Positions 1-12,709 of a stretch of 64,000 nucleotides of DNA are shown in pieces. A program made the translations under genes and the position numbers. This DNA comes from Ophelia neglecta (Eukaryota), in the NCBI GenBank assembly GCA_965285935.1, contig OZ260666.1:37138001-37202000 (forward strand). The letters run 5' to 3'. A model generated the notes under the pieces. That model ran no database searches and was not told where the DNA came from. It saw only the letters and a program-made list of their open reading frames with translations. The stretch's first letter is position 1, and the number at the start of each line of letters is the position of its first letter.

Positions 1-1
1 T

Positions 2-3000
2 GAGACTCAAATTTTAGCACAGGTTACTGAAGTCGCGCCTGAAACTGTGACGCAGGAAATAGTCATCCAGACAGGAGAATCTATTAAACCTGAGGAGATC
101 CAGTTAGATATTTCCCAAGCTTCAGTTGAAATAAAACCAGAAACTCAGATCTCTGAACAGATAACAGAACTAAAACCAGAAACTGTTTCACAAGAATTAG
201 TTATCCAAGTGGGAGAAACAGTTAAGCCTGAAGAAATCCAGTTTGAGGTTGCTGAGGCTGGCATTGAGCTTAAGCCTGAAACCCAAACTACCATCCAAGA
301 GGCAGAAATGCAACCAGAAACTGTAACTGAAGAGGTGATCATCCAAACCGGCGAAAGCGTCCAACCTCAAGAGATCACAATGCAGGTTGTAGAAGCTGAT
401 GTCACCACACCTCAGGAGGCCCAGGTAGCAGAACAAAAGGAAAGGATCAGCCCTGAGACCATCACGGAGGAGGTTGTGATCCCGTCTGGGGAGACTATTG
501 AACCTCAAGAAATTGAGTTCCAGGTATCAGAGGCCCAGGTAGAGGAGAAAATGACCACCGAAGTCATCACACAACAGGTGGAGCCGAGGAGGGAATCAGT
601 CACTCAAGAAATTGTGCTTCAAACAGGTGAGAAGGTAGAACCAGAGGAAACAGTTTTTGACATATCGACGGCTTCAATTGACGTTAAACCCGAGACTCAA
701 ATTTTAGAACAGGTAACAGACATTGTCCCCGAAACTGTGACCCAGGAAATAGTTATTGAGACAGGAGAATCTATTAAACCTGAGGAAATCCAGTTAGATA
801 TTTCCCAAGCTTCAGTTGAAATAAAACCAGAAACTCAGATCTCTGAACAGATAACAGAACTGAAACCAGAAACTGTTTCGCAAGAATTAGTTATCCAAGT
901 GGGAGAAACAGTTAAGCCTGATGAAATCCAGTTTGAGGTTGCTGAGGCTGGCATTGAGCTTAAGCCTGAAACCCAAACTACCATCCAAGAGGCAGAAATG
1001 CAACCAGAAACTGTAACTGAAGAGGTGATCATCCAAACTGGCGAAAGCGTCCAACCTCAAGAGATCACAATGCAGGTTGTAGAAGCTGATGTCACCACAC
1101 CTCAGGAGGCCCAGGTAGCAGAACAGAAGGAAAGGATCAGCCCTGAGACCGTCACGGAGGAGGTTGTGATCCCGTCTGGGGAGACTATTGAACCTAAAGA
1201 AATTGAGTTCCAGGTATCAGAGGGACAGGTAGAGGAGAAAATGACCACCGAAGTCATCACACAACAGGTGGAGCCGAGGAGGGAATCATTCACTCAAGAA
1301 ATTGTGCTTCAAACAGGTGAGAAGGTAGAACCAGAGGAAATAGTTTTTGACATATCTACGGCTTCAATTGACGTTAAACCCGAGACTCAAATTTTAGAAC
1401 AGGTAACAGACATTGTCCCCGAAACTGTGACCCAAGAAATAGTTATTGAGACAGGAGAATCTATCAAACCTGAGGAAATCCAGTTAGATATTTCCCAAGC
1501 TTCAGTAGAAATAAAACCAGAAACTCAGATCTCTGAACAGATAACAGAACTGAAACCAGAAACCGTTTCGCAAGAATTAGTTATCCAAGTGGGAGAAACA
1601 GTTAAGCCTGATGAAATCCAGTTTGAGATTGCTGAGGCCGGCATTGAGCTTAAGCCTGAAATCCAAACTACCATCCAAGAGGCAGAAATGCAACCAGAAA
1701 CTGTAACTGAAGAGGTTATCCTCCAAACTGGCGAAAGCGTCCAACCTCAAGAGATCACAATGCAGGTTGTAGAAGCTGATGTCACCACACCTCAGGAGGC
1801 CCAGGTAGCAGAACAGAAGGAAAGGATCAGCCCTGAGACCGTCACGGAGGAGGTTGTAATACAGACTGGGGAGACTATTGAACCTCAAGAAATTGAGTTC
1901 CAGGTATCAGAGGCCCAGGTAGAGGAGAAAATGACCACCCAAGTCATCACACAACAGGTGGAGCCGAGGAGGGAATCAGTCACTCAAGAAATTGTGCTTC
2001 AAACAGGTGAGAAGGTAGAACCAGAGGAAATAGTTTTTGACATTTCTCAGGCTTCAATTGACGCTAAACCCGAGACTCAAATTTTAGAACAGGTAACAGA
2101 CATTGTCCCCGAAACTGTGACCCAAGAAATAGTTATTGAGACAGGAGAATCTATCAAACCTGAGGAAATCCAGTTAGATATTTCCCAAGCTTCATTAGAA
2201 ATAAAACCAGAAACTCAGATCTCTGAACAGATAACAGAACTAAAACCAGAAACTGTTTCGCAAGAATTAGTTATCCAAGTGGGAGAAACAGTTAAGCCTG
2301 ATGAAATCCAGTTTGAGATTGCTGAGGCTGGCATTGAGCTTAAGCCTGAAACCCAAACTACCATCCAAGAGGCAGAAATGCAACCAAAAACTGTAACTGA
2401 AGAGGTTATCATCCAAACTGGCGAAAGCGTCCAACGCCAAGAGATCACAATGCAGGTTGTAGAAGCTGATGTCACCACACCTCAGGAGGCCCAGGTAGCA
2501 GAACAGAAGGAAAGGATCAGCCCTGAGACCGTCACGGAGGACGTTGTGATCCCGTCTGGGGAGACTATTGAACCTCAAGAAATTGAGTTCCAGGTATCAG
2601 AGGCCCAGGTAGAGGAGAAAAAGACCACCGAAGTCATCACACAACAGGTGGAGCCGAGGAGGGAATCAGTCACTCAAGAAATTGTGCTTCAAACAGGTGA
2701 GAAGGTAGAACCAGAGGAAACAGTTTTTGACATATCTACGGCTTCAATTGACGCTAAACCCGAGACTCAAATTTTAGAACAGGTAACAGACATTGTCCCC
2801 GAAACTGTGACCCAAGAAATAGTTATTGAGACAGGAGAATCTATCAAACCTGAGGAAATCCAGTTAGATATTTCCCAAGCTTCATTAGAAATAAAACCAG
2901 AAACTCAGATCTCTGAACAGATAACAGAACTGAAACCAGAAACTGTTTCGCAAGAATTAGTTATCCAAGTGGGAGAAACAGTTAAGCCTGAAGAAATCCA

Positions 3001-6000
3001 GTTTGAGGTTGCTGAGGCTGGCATTGAGCTTAAGCCTGAAACCCAAACTACCATCCAAGAGGCAGAAATGCAACCAGAAACTGTAACTGAAGAGGTGATC
3101 ATCCAAACTGGCGAAAGCGTCCAACCTCAAGAGATCACAATGCAGGTTGTAGAAGCTGATGTCACCACACCTCAGGAGGCCCAAGTAGAAGAACAGAAGG
3201 AAAGGATCAGCCCTGAGACCGTCACGGAGGAGGTTGTAATACAGACTGGGGAGACTATTGAACCTCAAGAAATTGAGTTCCAGGTATCAGAGGCCCAGGT
3301 AGAGGAGAAAATGACCACCCAAGTCATCACACAACAGGTGGAGCCGAGGAGGGAATCAGTCACTCAAGAAATTGTGCTTCAAACAGGTGAGAAGGTAGAA
3401 CCAGAGGAAACAGTTTTTGACATATCTACGGCTTCAATTGACGTTAAACCCAAGACTCAAATTTTAGAACAGGTAACAGACATTGTCCCCGAAACTGTGA
3501 CCCAAGAAATAGTTATTGAGACAGGAGAATCTATCAAACCTGAGGAAATCCAGTTAGATATTTCCCAAGCTTCAGTAGAAATAAAACCAGAAACTCAGAT
3601 CTCTGAACAGATAACAGAACTGAAACCAGAAACCGTTTCGCAAGAATTAGTTATCCAAGTGGGAGAAACAGTTAAGCCTGAAGAAATCCAGTTTGAGGTT
3701 GCTGAGGCCGGCATTGGGCTTAAGCCTGAAATCCAAACTACCATCCAAGAGGCAGAAATGCAACCAGAAACTGTAATTGAAGAGGTTATCCTCCAAACTG
3801 GCGAAAGCGTCCAACCTCAAGAGATCACAATGCAGGTTGTAGAAGCTGATGTCACCACACCTCAGGAGGCCCAGGTAGCAGAACAGAAGGAAAGGATCAG
3901 CCCTGAGACCGTCACGGAGGAGGTTGTAATACAGACTGGGGAGACTATTGAACCTCAAGAAATTGAGTTCCAGGTATCAGAGGCCCAGGTAGAGGAGAAA
4001 ATGACCACCCAAGTCATCACACAACAGGTGGAGCCGAGGAGGGAATCAGTCACTCAAGAAATTGTGCTTCAAACAGGTGAGAAGGTAGAACCAGAGGAAA
4101 CAGTTTTTGACATTTCTCAGGCTTCAATTGACGCTAAACCCAAGACTCAAATTTTAGAACAGGTAACAGACATTGTCCCCGAAACTGTGACCCAAGAAAT
4201 AGTTATTGAGACAGGAGAATCTATCAAACCTGAGGAAATCCAGTTAGATATTTCCCAAGCTTCAGTAGAAATAAAACCAGAAACTCAGATCTCTGAACAG
4301 ATAACAGAACTGAAACCAGAAACCGTTTCGCAAGAATTAGTTATCCAAGTGGGAGAAACAGTTAAGCCTGAAGAAATCCAGTTTGAGGTTGCTGAGGCCG
4401 GCATTGAGCTTAAGCCTGAAATCCAAACTACCATCCAAGAGGCAGAAATGCAACCAGAAACTGTAATTGAAGAGGTTATCCTCCAAACTGGCGAAAGCGT
4501 CCAACCTCAAGAGATCACAATGCAGGTTGTAGAAGCTGATGTCACCACACCTCAGGAGGCCCAGGTAGCAGAACAGAAGGAAAGGATCAGCCCTGAGACC
4601 GTCACGGAGGAGGTTGTAATACAGACTGGGGAGACTATTGAACCTCAAGAAATTGAGTTCCAGGTATCAGAGGCCCAGGTAGAGGAGAAAATGACCACCC
4701 AAGTCATCACACAACAGGTGGAGCCGAGGAGGGAATCAGTCACTCAAGAAATTGTGCTTCAAACAGGTGAGAAGGTAGAACCAGAGGAAACAGTTTTTGA
4801 CATTTCTCAGGCTTCAATTGACGCTAAACCCGAGACTCAAATTTTAGAACAGGTAACAGACATTGTCCCCGAAACTGTGACCCAGGAAATAGTTATTGAG
4901 ACAGGAGAATCTATTAAACCTGAGGAAATCCAGTTAGATATTTCCCAAGCTTCAGTTGAAATAAAACCAGAAACTCAGATCTCTGAACAGATAACAGAAC
5001 TGAAACCAGAAACTGTTTCGCAAGAATTAGTTATCCAAGTGGGAGAAACAGTTAAGCCTGATGAAATCCAGTTTGAGGTTGCTGAGGCTGGCATTGAGCT
5101 TAAGCCTGAAACCCAAACTACCATCCAAGAGGCAGAAATGCAACCAGAAACTGTAACTGAAGAGGTTATCATCCAAACTGGCGAAAGCGTCCAACCTCAA
5201 GAGATCACAATGCAGGTTGTAGAAGCTGATGTCACCACACCTCAGGAGGCCCAGGTAGCAGAACAGAAGGAAAGGATCAGCCCTGAGACCGTCACGGAGG
5301 AGGTTGTAATACAGACTGGGGAGACTATTGAACCTCAAGAAATTGAGTTCCAGGTATCAGAGGCCCAGGTAGAGGAGAAAATGGCCACCGAAGTCATCAC
5401 ACAACAGGTGGAGCCGAGGAGGGAATCAGTCACTCAAGAAATTGTGCTTCAAACAGGTGAGAAGGTAGAACCAGAGGAAACAGTTTTTGACATATCTACG
5501 GCTTCAATTGACGTTAAACCCGAGACTCAAATTTTAGAACAGGTAACAGACATTGTCCCCGAAACTGTGACCCAAGAAATAGTTATTGAGACAGGAGAAT
5601 CTATCAAACCTGAGGAAATCCAGTTAGATATTTCCCAAGCTTCAGTAGAAATAAAACCAGAAACTCAGATCTCTGAACAGATAACAGAACTAAAACCAGA
5701 AACTGTTTCGCAAGAATTAGTTATCCAAGTGGGAGAAACAGTTAAGCCTGATGAAATCCAGTTTGAGGTTGCTGAGGCTGGCATTGAGCTTAAGCCTGAA
5801 ATCCAAACTACCATCCAAGAGGCAGAAATGCAACCAGAAACTGTAACTGAAGAGGTGATCATCCAAACTGGCGAAAGCGTCCAACCTCAAGAGATCACAA
5901 TGCAGGTTGTAGAAGCTGATGTCACCACACCTCAGGAGGCCCAGGTAGCAGAACAGAAGGAAAGGATCAGCCCTGAGACCGTCACGGAGGAGGTTGTGAT

Positions 6001-7523
6001 CCCGTCTGGGGAGACTATTGAACCTCAAGAAATTGAGTTCCAGGTATCAGAGGCCCAGGTAGAGGAGAAAATGACCACCGAAGTCATCACACAACAGGTG
6101 GAGCCGAGGAGGGAATCAGTCACTCAAGAAATTGTGCTTCAAACAGGTGAGAAGGTAGAACCAGAGGAAACAGTTTTTGACATATCTACGGCTTCAATTG
6201 ACGCTAAACCCGAGACTCAAATTTTAGAACAGGTAACAGACATTGTCCCCGAAACTGTGACCCAAGAAATAGTTATTGAGACAGGAGAATCTATCAAACC
6301 TGAGGAAATCCAGTTAGATATTTCCCAAGCTTCAGTAGAAATAAAACCAGAAACTCAGATCTCTGAACAGATAACAGAACTAAAACCAGAAACTGTTTCG
6401 CAAGAATTAGTTATCCAAGTGGGAGAAACAGTTAAGCCTGATGAAATCCAGTTTGAGGTTGCTGAGGCTGGCATTGAGCTTAAGCCTGAAATCCAAACTA
6501 CCATCCAAGAGGCAGAAATGCAACCAGAAACTGTAACTGAAGAGGTGATCATCCAAACTGGCGAAAGCGTCCAACCTCAAGAGATCACAATGCAGGTTGT
6601 AGAAGCTGATGTCACCACACCTCAGGAGGCCCAGGTAGCAGAACAGAAGGAAAGGATCAGCCCTGAGACCGTCACGGAGGAGGTTGTGATCCCGTCTGGG
6701 GAGACTATTGAACCTCAAGAAATGGAGTTCCAGGTATCAGAGGCCCAGGTAGAGGAGAAAATGACCACCGAAGTCATCACACAACAGGTGGAGCCGAGGA
6801 GGGAATCAGTCACTCAAGAAATTGTGCTTCAAACAGGTGAGAAGGTAGAACCAGAGGAAACAGTTTTTGACATATCTACGGCTTCAATTGACGTTAAACC
6901 TGAGACTCAAATTTTAGAACAGGTAACAGACATTGTCCCTGAAACTGTGACCCAAGAAATAGACGAATCTGTCAAACCTGAAGAAGTCCAGATTGACATA
7001 TCTCAAGCAGCAATAGAAATTGAACCAAAAATTCAAAAAGATGGACAAGTTACAGTGTTGAAACCAGAAATTGTCACAGAGGAGTTATTTATGCAAGAAG
7101 GAGAAACTACCAAACCTGAGGAAATCTTGTTTGACAGTCCAAAAGATTCAATGAAGATGACGCCAGATGTACAGATGGTTGAACAAGTATCTGAACTTAG
7201 ACCAGAGGATCAAACTGAACTGCCACAAGATTCATTTATTGAAATTGGTGAAGCTCGCATAGATATGAGTACCGCAGACATTGGAGAAATACTCATCTCA
7301 AAGCCAGAAACCAGTGTAGAAATCGCTTCTGGTGAACCCGAAATTTCTGAAGCTGATGAATTTGATGATGCTCTTGATGTGACCCAATCTGAGATGGTAA
7401 TTACAGACATTACTGATGAATTAAAGTCAGACTCTACCAAACAGGACATCACAGTTGAGGAATACCAACCAGTCTGTGAGGAAACTGTTTCATTCATGGA
7501 AGCTCTTGAGGAGAAACCTGAAG
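2..7523 (+). CDS. Giant exon (5' end outside window): acidic E/Q/T/V/I/P-rich tandem-repeat region
   Basis: Frame open from nt 2; likely donor GAAG|gtactc after 7523 (phase 1), compatible with the exon at 9960. Confidence 0.88.
38..6937 (+). repeat. Coding tandem repeat: 10 x 690 bp (230 aa), each unit = 5 diverged 138-bp (46-aa) subunits
   Basis: PETVTQEI codons recur every 690 nt (38, 728 ... 6938); subunits begin PETVTQE/PETVSQE/PETVTEE/PETVTEE/RESVTQE, 46 aa each. Confidence 0.97.
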
Positions 7524-9959
7524 GTACTCATTTAAGGAATCTTGCTTTTGCATGGCATTTTTGGTATACTTCAGACAGTATACCACCAACCAAGCTGTTC
7601 ATGCTGTTAACCTTATACTAGTCAAACTTTAAATCAAATGCAGTGATGCATTTAGCTGTTAATATTATATTGGAACTGTCAAAAAGTGGAACCACATGCG
7701 GACATATCATACCAGCATGGAGCAAGATTATGTTGATTGCATGGAACTAGCTCTTTGACACATTTACAACTGACTTGTAGCTGGTATCTGAAACTCACAT
7801 TCAGCACTTTGGCATGCTTTTAAACAAAACTCCGGCTAAACAACAATGGAAAAACATCTTTATATTATTTGACTTATTGCTTATCCTTGCTTTGGGAAAC
7901 ACATCAGTTATTTCATGGATATTGGATGGACAGAAGCGTCAATTTATTTTACAGTTTCTTTTTGTTTGACACACATGGATTTTACATGAAAAAACACTTT
8001 TAGTCCTTGATTATTTTTCCGTTTCTCTAATGCTATTGGCCAAGGAAACCTAATAATCAACCATTGACATGACTCACAGTGACAGTGAATTATATTCAGT
8101 TTATTTTATTTTACTAGGTGGATTTTTACAGCTGTTTGATATGGAATTATTTATTTCACTTCTCATTTCAATGCATATTTTTTTATAACACATTGATTTT
8201 TACAGTTCTAAAGTCATTTTTATGTATAATGTTTCACTTGTACGTACTATTTATATAATTTGCTTTGATATGTTTTCCATTTTACTTTATTTTAATGTCC
8301 TTTTTTTGTTATTATATTCAGGTTTGCTATATTTTGTTTCAATTTTGATATGTTCCTTTTTTTCTTCTTTTTTCTGTTTTGTTCTTTTTAGAAATGTACA
8401 TTTAATTTCTATATTTTACATTCCCAATTTTTATTTATTAAATCACCACTGACCCATTTATTATTTCATACTCTTTTGCTTTGATTTTACCTTTTTTTTA
8501 TATTCCAATACACAGGTTTTTTCTTCGTTAATAATGGTCATTTTCTATGTTTTCTACATTTATGATATTTATGACATTTACATATTCTATTTTTATATTA
8601 CTAATGTTTATTATTGAAATTACCACTGACATATTTATTTTCTTTATTTTATATTCCTTGCATTGTTTTTACAATTTTTTTTATATTCTTGTATTATGTT
8701 GTTTTCATTCATGATGTTTTCATTGTTTTCATTTTTTTTCATGAGATTCATGAGATTCATAACATTTATGACATTTACATGTTCTTTTTCTTTTATTACT
8801 AATGTTTATTATTTAAATTTCATTATTAATTTAATATTTTCATTATTTTATATTTTTTAATACATATATGATACATATTTTTCAATTATTCTTTTCAAAA
8901 GCAGTAATCAAACTTAGCCATTTTAACCTGTTTATTGCTCACACCTACTTTCCTAATCAAATATTGAACTTATTTTATTTTTGTTATTTATTTTCTATTG
9001 TTTTTTTTTTAAATTGAATTCCATAGATTAAATAATTTTTCTTTCACCTTGCTCGCTTTAATTTTTTTCTTGTAACATGTGTTAGATAGAAACTTTATTA
9101 ATTTTACACTGTTAAAATTAAACGCATAACATTTTCAAGTTAAATTATGCATCTTGACTCTTAATTTCACTCTTAAAAAATTGTTTCATGTATTTATCTC
9201 TGGTATATGATAACAGGAATGACTAATAATACAATTAAAATTGCATTGAGTTTGTATGAACCTTATGCTACAATGAACTAACATCAACTTCCTTGATTAA
9301 ATACTGATATTTGATAAAGAATTGTTAGTTTGTTACTGTACTCAGTGTGTGTCAAATATGTTATAGACTATTCTTATGTTTGTCATTGCTGTGGCCTTTT
9401 TAACCTTGAATATGATTATGAATACATTTTTGTGCAGCATTATTCATAGATCCTCATTGTTTAGTTTTGCATGCTGTGTGAATAAAAAGTTAAAGCAATA
9501 CATCAATTAGGAGTGTGTGTGATTATTGCATTTTTTAGAAACAATTAAATACCCCAGTTAGTTAATGTGTGCTACTAGAGAGAGAAATTCTAAATCCCTG
9601 TATACATATCCCAAGTTTGAACCTACACGAAAACAATTGAACGGTACAACCTACACATTTCATTAAAAACGCATGTCCCTTGCCTACTCCTCCCCCCCCC
9701 CAAAAAAATTATCACCAAGCCTCCCACCACACCTGTAGATAGTGCTGGTATTAAATATACACAGAACTTGTACATGCTTGCAAAGTGTACCGACTTGAAT
9801 ACAGCATGACATCCAAACAAACCCTCACAATGCAGCACAAAAAACATTCTGCTTTCAGCCAAACATATTAACACATTTGTCAAATTAATTAGGACCCTGT
9901 TCAATGACAATATGGGCATGATCAATCATTAATCTTTAATGTGTTCTTTTCCCAAATAG

Positions 9960-9996
9960 AAGAGACTGCTGATACCCAAGTGGTGGAAACTATAGA
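9960..9996 (+). CDS. 37-nt small exon (EETADTQVVETID)
   Basis: ttcttttcccaaatag| ... |gtaagt; phase 1 to 2. Confidence 0.75.
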
Positions 9997-10107
9997 GTAA
10001 GTCTTTTAGCATTAATAATTTTTGCAGATATGTTTAGCAGATTTCCATTAATTATAAGAATAAAACCTATTTACACTAACTGTTAACTGCTGTCAGCCTC
10101 TATTGGC

Positions 10108-10589
10108 ACTACTGTATATTATACTGGTAATACTACTGTATATTATACTGGTAATACTACTGTATATTATACTGGTAATACTACTGTATATTATACTGGT
10201 AATACTACTGTATATTATACTGGTAATACTACTGTTTATTATACTGGTAATACTACTGTATATTATACTGGTAATACTACTGTATATTATACTGGTAATA
10301 CTACTGTATATTATACTGGTAATACTACTGTTTATTATACTGGTAATACTACTGTATATTATACTGGTAATACTACTGTATATTATACTGGTAATACTAC
10401 GGTATATTATACTGGTAATACTACTGTATATTATACTGGTAATACTACTGTATATTATACTGGTAATACTACTGTATATTATACTGGTAATACTACTGTA
10501 TATTATACTGGTAATACTACGGTATATTATACTGGTAATACTACTGTATATTATACTGGTAATACTACTGTATATTATACTGGTAATAC
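10108..10589. repeat. Intronic minisatellite, ~20 x 24 bp (actactgtatattatactggtaat)
   Basis: Directly visible near-perfect tandem repeat with rare variants (tgttt, cggta). Confidence 0.97.
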
Positions 10590-10613
10590 AACTAACACTT
10601 GCTAATGATGCAG

Positions 10614-10672
10614 TTATGATTCCAGGCTTGATCAACCCACAGAAGACATAGTTGACTTCACTTTTCAGCAGG
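10614..10672 (+). CDS. 59-nt small exon (YDSRLDQPTEDIVDFTFQQ)
   Basis: actaac...gatgcag| ... CAGG|gtaagt; phase 2 to 1, restores frame with the 37-nt exon. Confidence 0.75.
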
Positions 10673-11058
10673 GTAAGTTGGATTTACAAAGATATGATTA
10701 AGTAAGAAAGGGCATCACGGGAGGCAATTTATGCAAATGGGTGTCCTTCTCGGAACTCTTTATAATAACAAGGCTGATGATAAAGGGCCGAAGATCACAT
10801 TTAATCCCTAGACACTGCGGAAATTAAAGGGGAATGTATTTTGTAGTGACAAACTGGGTAAATGTATTCCCTATTTGCTATTCATAACCTATTTATCACA
10901 TCAAAAATTATTGTGCATGGATCCCATGTGTGTTTTGTCATTTTGATGGCATGCATGTAGGATTGTATGGTTATAAACCTATAAACACAAAGCATGTAAG
11001 GAAACCTCTTGCTGTTTATTACTGTGTGGTTTGCATTTGGAAGTGTGATCTTTTTCAG

Positions 11059-12168
11059 ATAAAACTGGTAATATAAATGATATTGAGCTAGAAGAATCCA
11101 CAATCTATGACGAATTGAAAGTAAATAATGCCATTGTTAAAGAGGACAGTATCATTCATCTAGAACTTTTTCCAAAAGAGCAGGAAAGTGAAAGTGATGT
11201 TCTTGAAGAAATTGTGGAAGAAAAAACCACAAAGCAAAGTGATCCAAATTCATTGTCTATCAATGATGAAACTGCTGTCAAGAGTTTTGTAAATGGCAGT
11301 AGTCCTAACCAGTCCATGATTACCACAGAGAGTTCACAAGATCTATCAAAACAAGATCAGCTGAGGATAGAGGTGTCCGAGCCTGGTGCGGTGACCAGAC
11401 AGGTTCTGAGTATTGAGCCAGACATGGAGGTGACATCCGAGATCCATGTTAAACCTCAGATGGTGGCTGCTGAGGCTCTCAGTCACTCTGTCCAGCAGCT
11501 GGAATGGGCACTCAGTCAGGAGATAGACAAGTCTGTCAAAACAGAGCAAACTGAGGTGACCGATGAAATCACAGTGGAGACGCGAGTCACAGAGGTGAAA
11601 ACACTGAAAATGGAAATGGGAGAATCTGGTCGCATTTCGGTGTCAGAGACGACTGAAGTCCAGACTGATACTGACTTGCATGAACAGAAGACTACTAAGG
11701 AGAAGGAAGAACTGGTGGTATCTCACAAGACAGACAGAAAGGCATTGGAGGATACATCAAGGTCACCACCATACTCTCCTGCTTTCTCACCACAATTCTC
11801 CCCATATTCAAGGCATGAACGCTCTTTTGAGCGACCCTCAAGTCGCCATAGCACTAGCAAAGATAGTGACCAAGAGGCAAGCTTGCACAATGGAAGTCTT
11901 CTAGACATCCACCACAGTGACTCCGTGTTCCCATTTTATGTGGCCATCAGTCCATATGAGCCAGAGTCAGATGAGGTCATGTCCCTTCATGAGGGGGAGC
12001 AGGTGGAAATACTGGATGATAACCAGGAGGATTGGTGGCTGGTTAGAAAATGCTGGAACAAGGCCGAAGGTTGGGTCCCGGGACAGTATTTACAAGAAAA
12101 GGCGGAATACGAGAAAATATTAGATGAACAACTTGCAGAACAAATAAAAAACCTTCCTTCGGAATGCA
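11059..12168 (+). CDS. Exon: acidic/low-complexity linker followed by an SH3 domain
   Basis: ctttttcag| ... TGCA|gtaagc; YVAISPYEPESDEVMSLHEGEQVEILDDNQEDWWLVR...EGWVPGQYL fits the SH3 consensus. Confidence 0.9.
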
Positions 12169-12394
12169 GTAAGCTTTTGTGTTTTTGCTTAGTCATAGAA
12201 ACAGCCAAAAATATAGCCGGAACAATAAAGTATATTATTTAATCTGCTTTTTTAAAATAATGGCATGTAATATAGCTGTTTTGCTCATTTATATAACACG
12301 ATTAAAAACTACACACCCTGTTTCATCCTAGAAACAGTGTGTTTTTTACATGTTTGCATGCCTGTACATGTACCTGCTTGCTTTCCTCACCCAG

Positions 12395-12709
12395 AAGAAG
12401 AGATGTTCGGAGCTCCTATGCCACCAGAAGTGGTGTGTGCATTGGACAGCTTGAGCGTCTTAGATGGTGAACCAGCTCGACTAGAGTGTGCCATAGATGG
12501 CAATCCCAAGCCTAACATTGCATGGTTTCGAGATGCTACCCTTATCCAACCCTCCCCAGACTTTATGCAGTTTTATGATGTAGACAACCTGTGTTCCCTA
12601 GTGATAAAAGAGGTGTTTCCTGAGGACACTGGCAGGTACACTGTGGTAGCTAAGAACCCCTTTGGCACTGCTACCTGTACAGCTGAACTGCTGGTGGAAG
12701 ATTTAGCTG
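12395..12709 (+). CDS. Ig I-set exon
   Basis: cacccag| ... G|gtaagt; LECAIDGNPKPNIAW...EDTGRYTVVAKNPFG. Confidence 0.92.

Noticed and set aside
145-6718. Recurrent 65-aa and 103-aa minus-strand ORFs
   Set aside because: Antisense shadows of the 690-bp coding repeat; no independent gene signals.
8100-8123. AG|GT recursive-splice-like sites (also ~15834, ~17896)
   Set aside because: The introns are only ~2 kb and such motifs are expected by chance in T-rich sequence.
8222-8860. Phe/Ile/Leu-rich ORFs and a short direct repeat (~8555-8615 versus ~8761-8815)
   Set aside because: Low-complexity T-rich intronic sequence; composition explains the ORFs.
10108-10589. CRISPR-like array
   Set aside because: Head-to-tail repeats without unique spacers, in a eukaryotic intron; no cas genes.
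10093-10651. ORFs (LLYIILVI)n and (SSITSIIY)n resembling membrane or repeat proteins
   Set aside because: By-products of a stop-free 24-bp minisatellite; the real exon at 10614 uses a different frame.
11059-12709. Assignment as obscurin/UNC-89
   Set aside because: The SH3 is followed directly by Ig, not by DH-PH domains.
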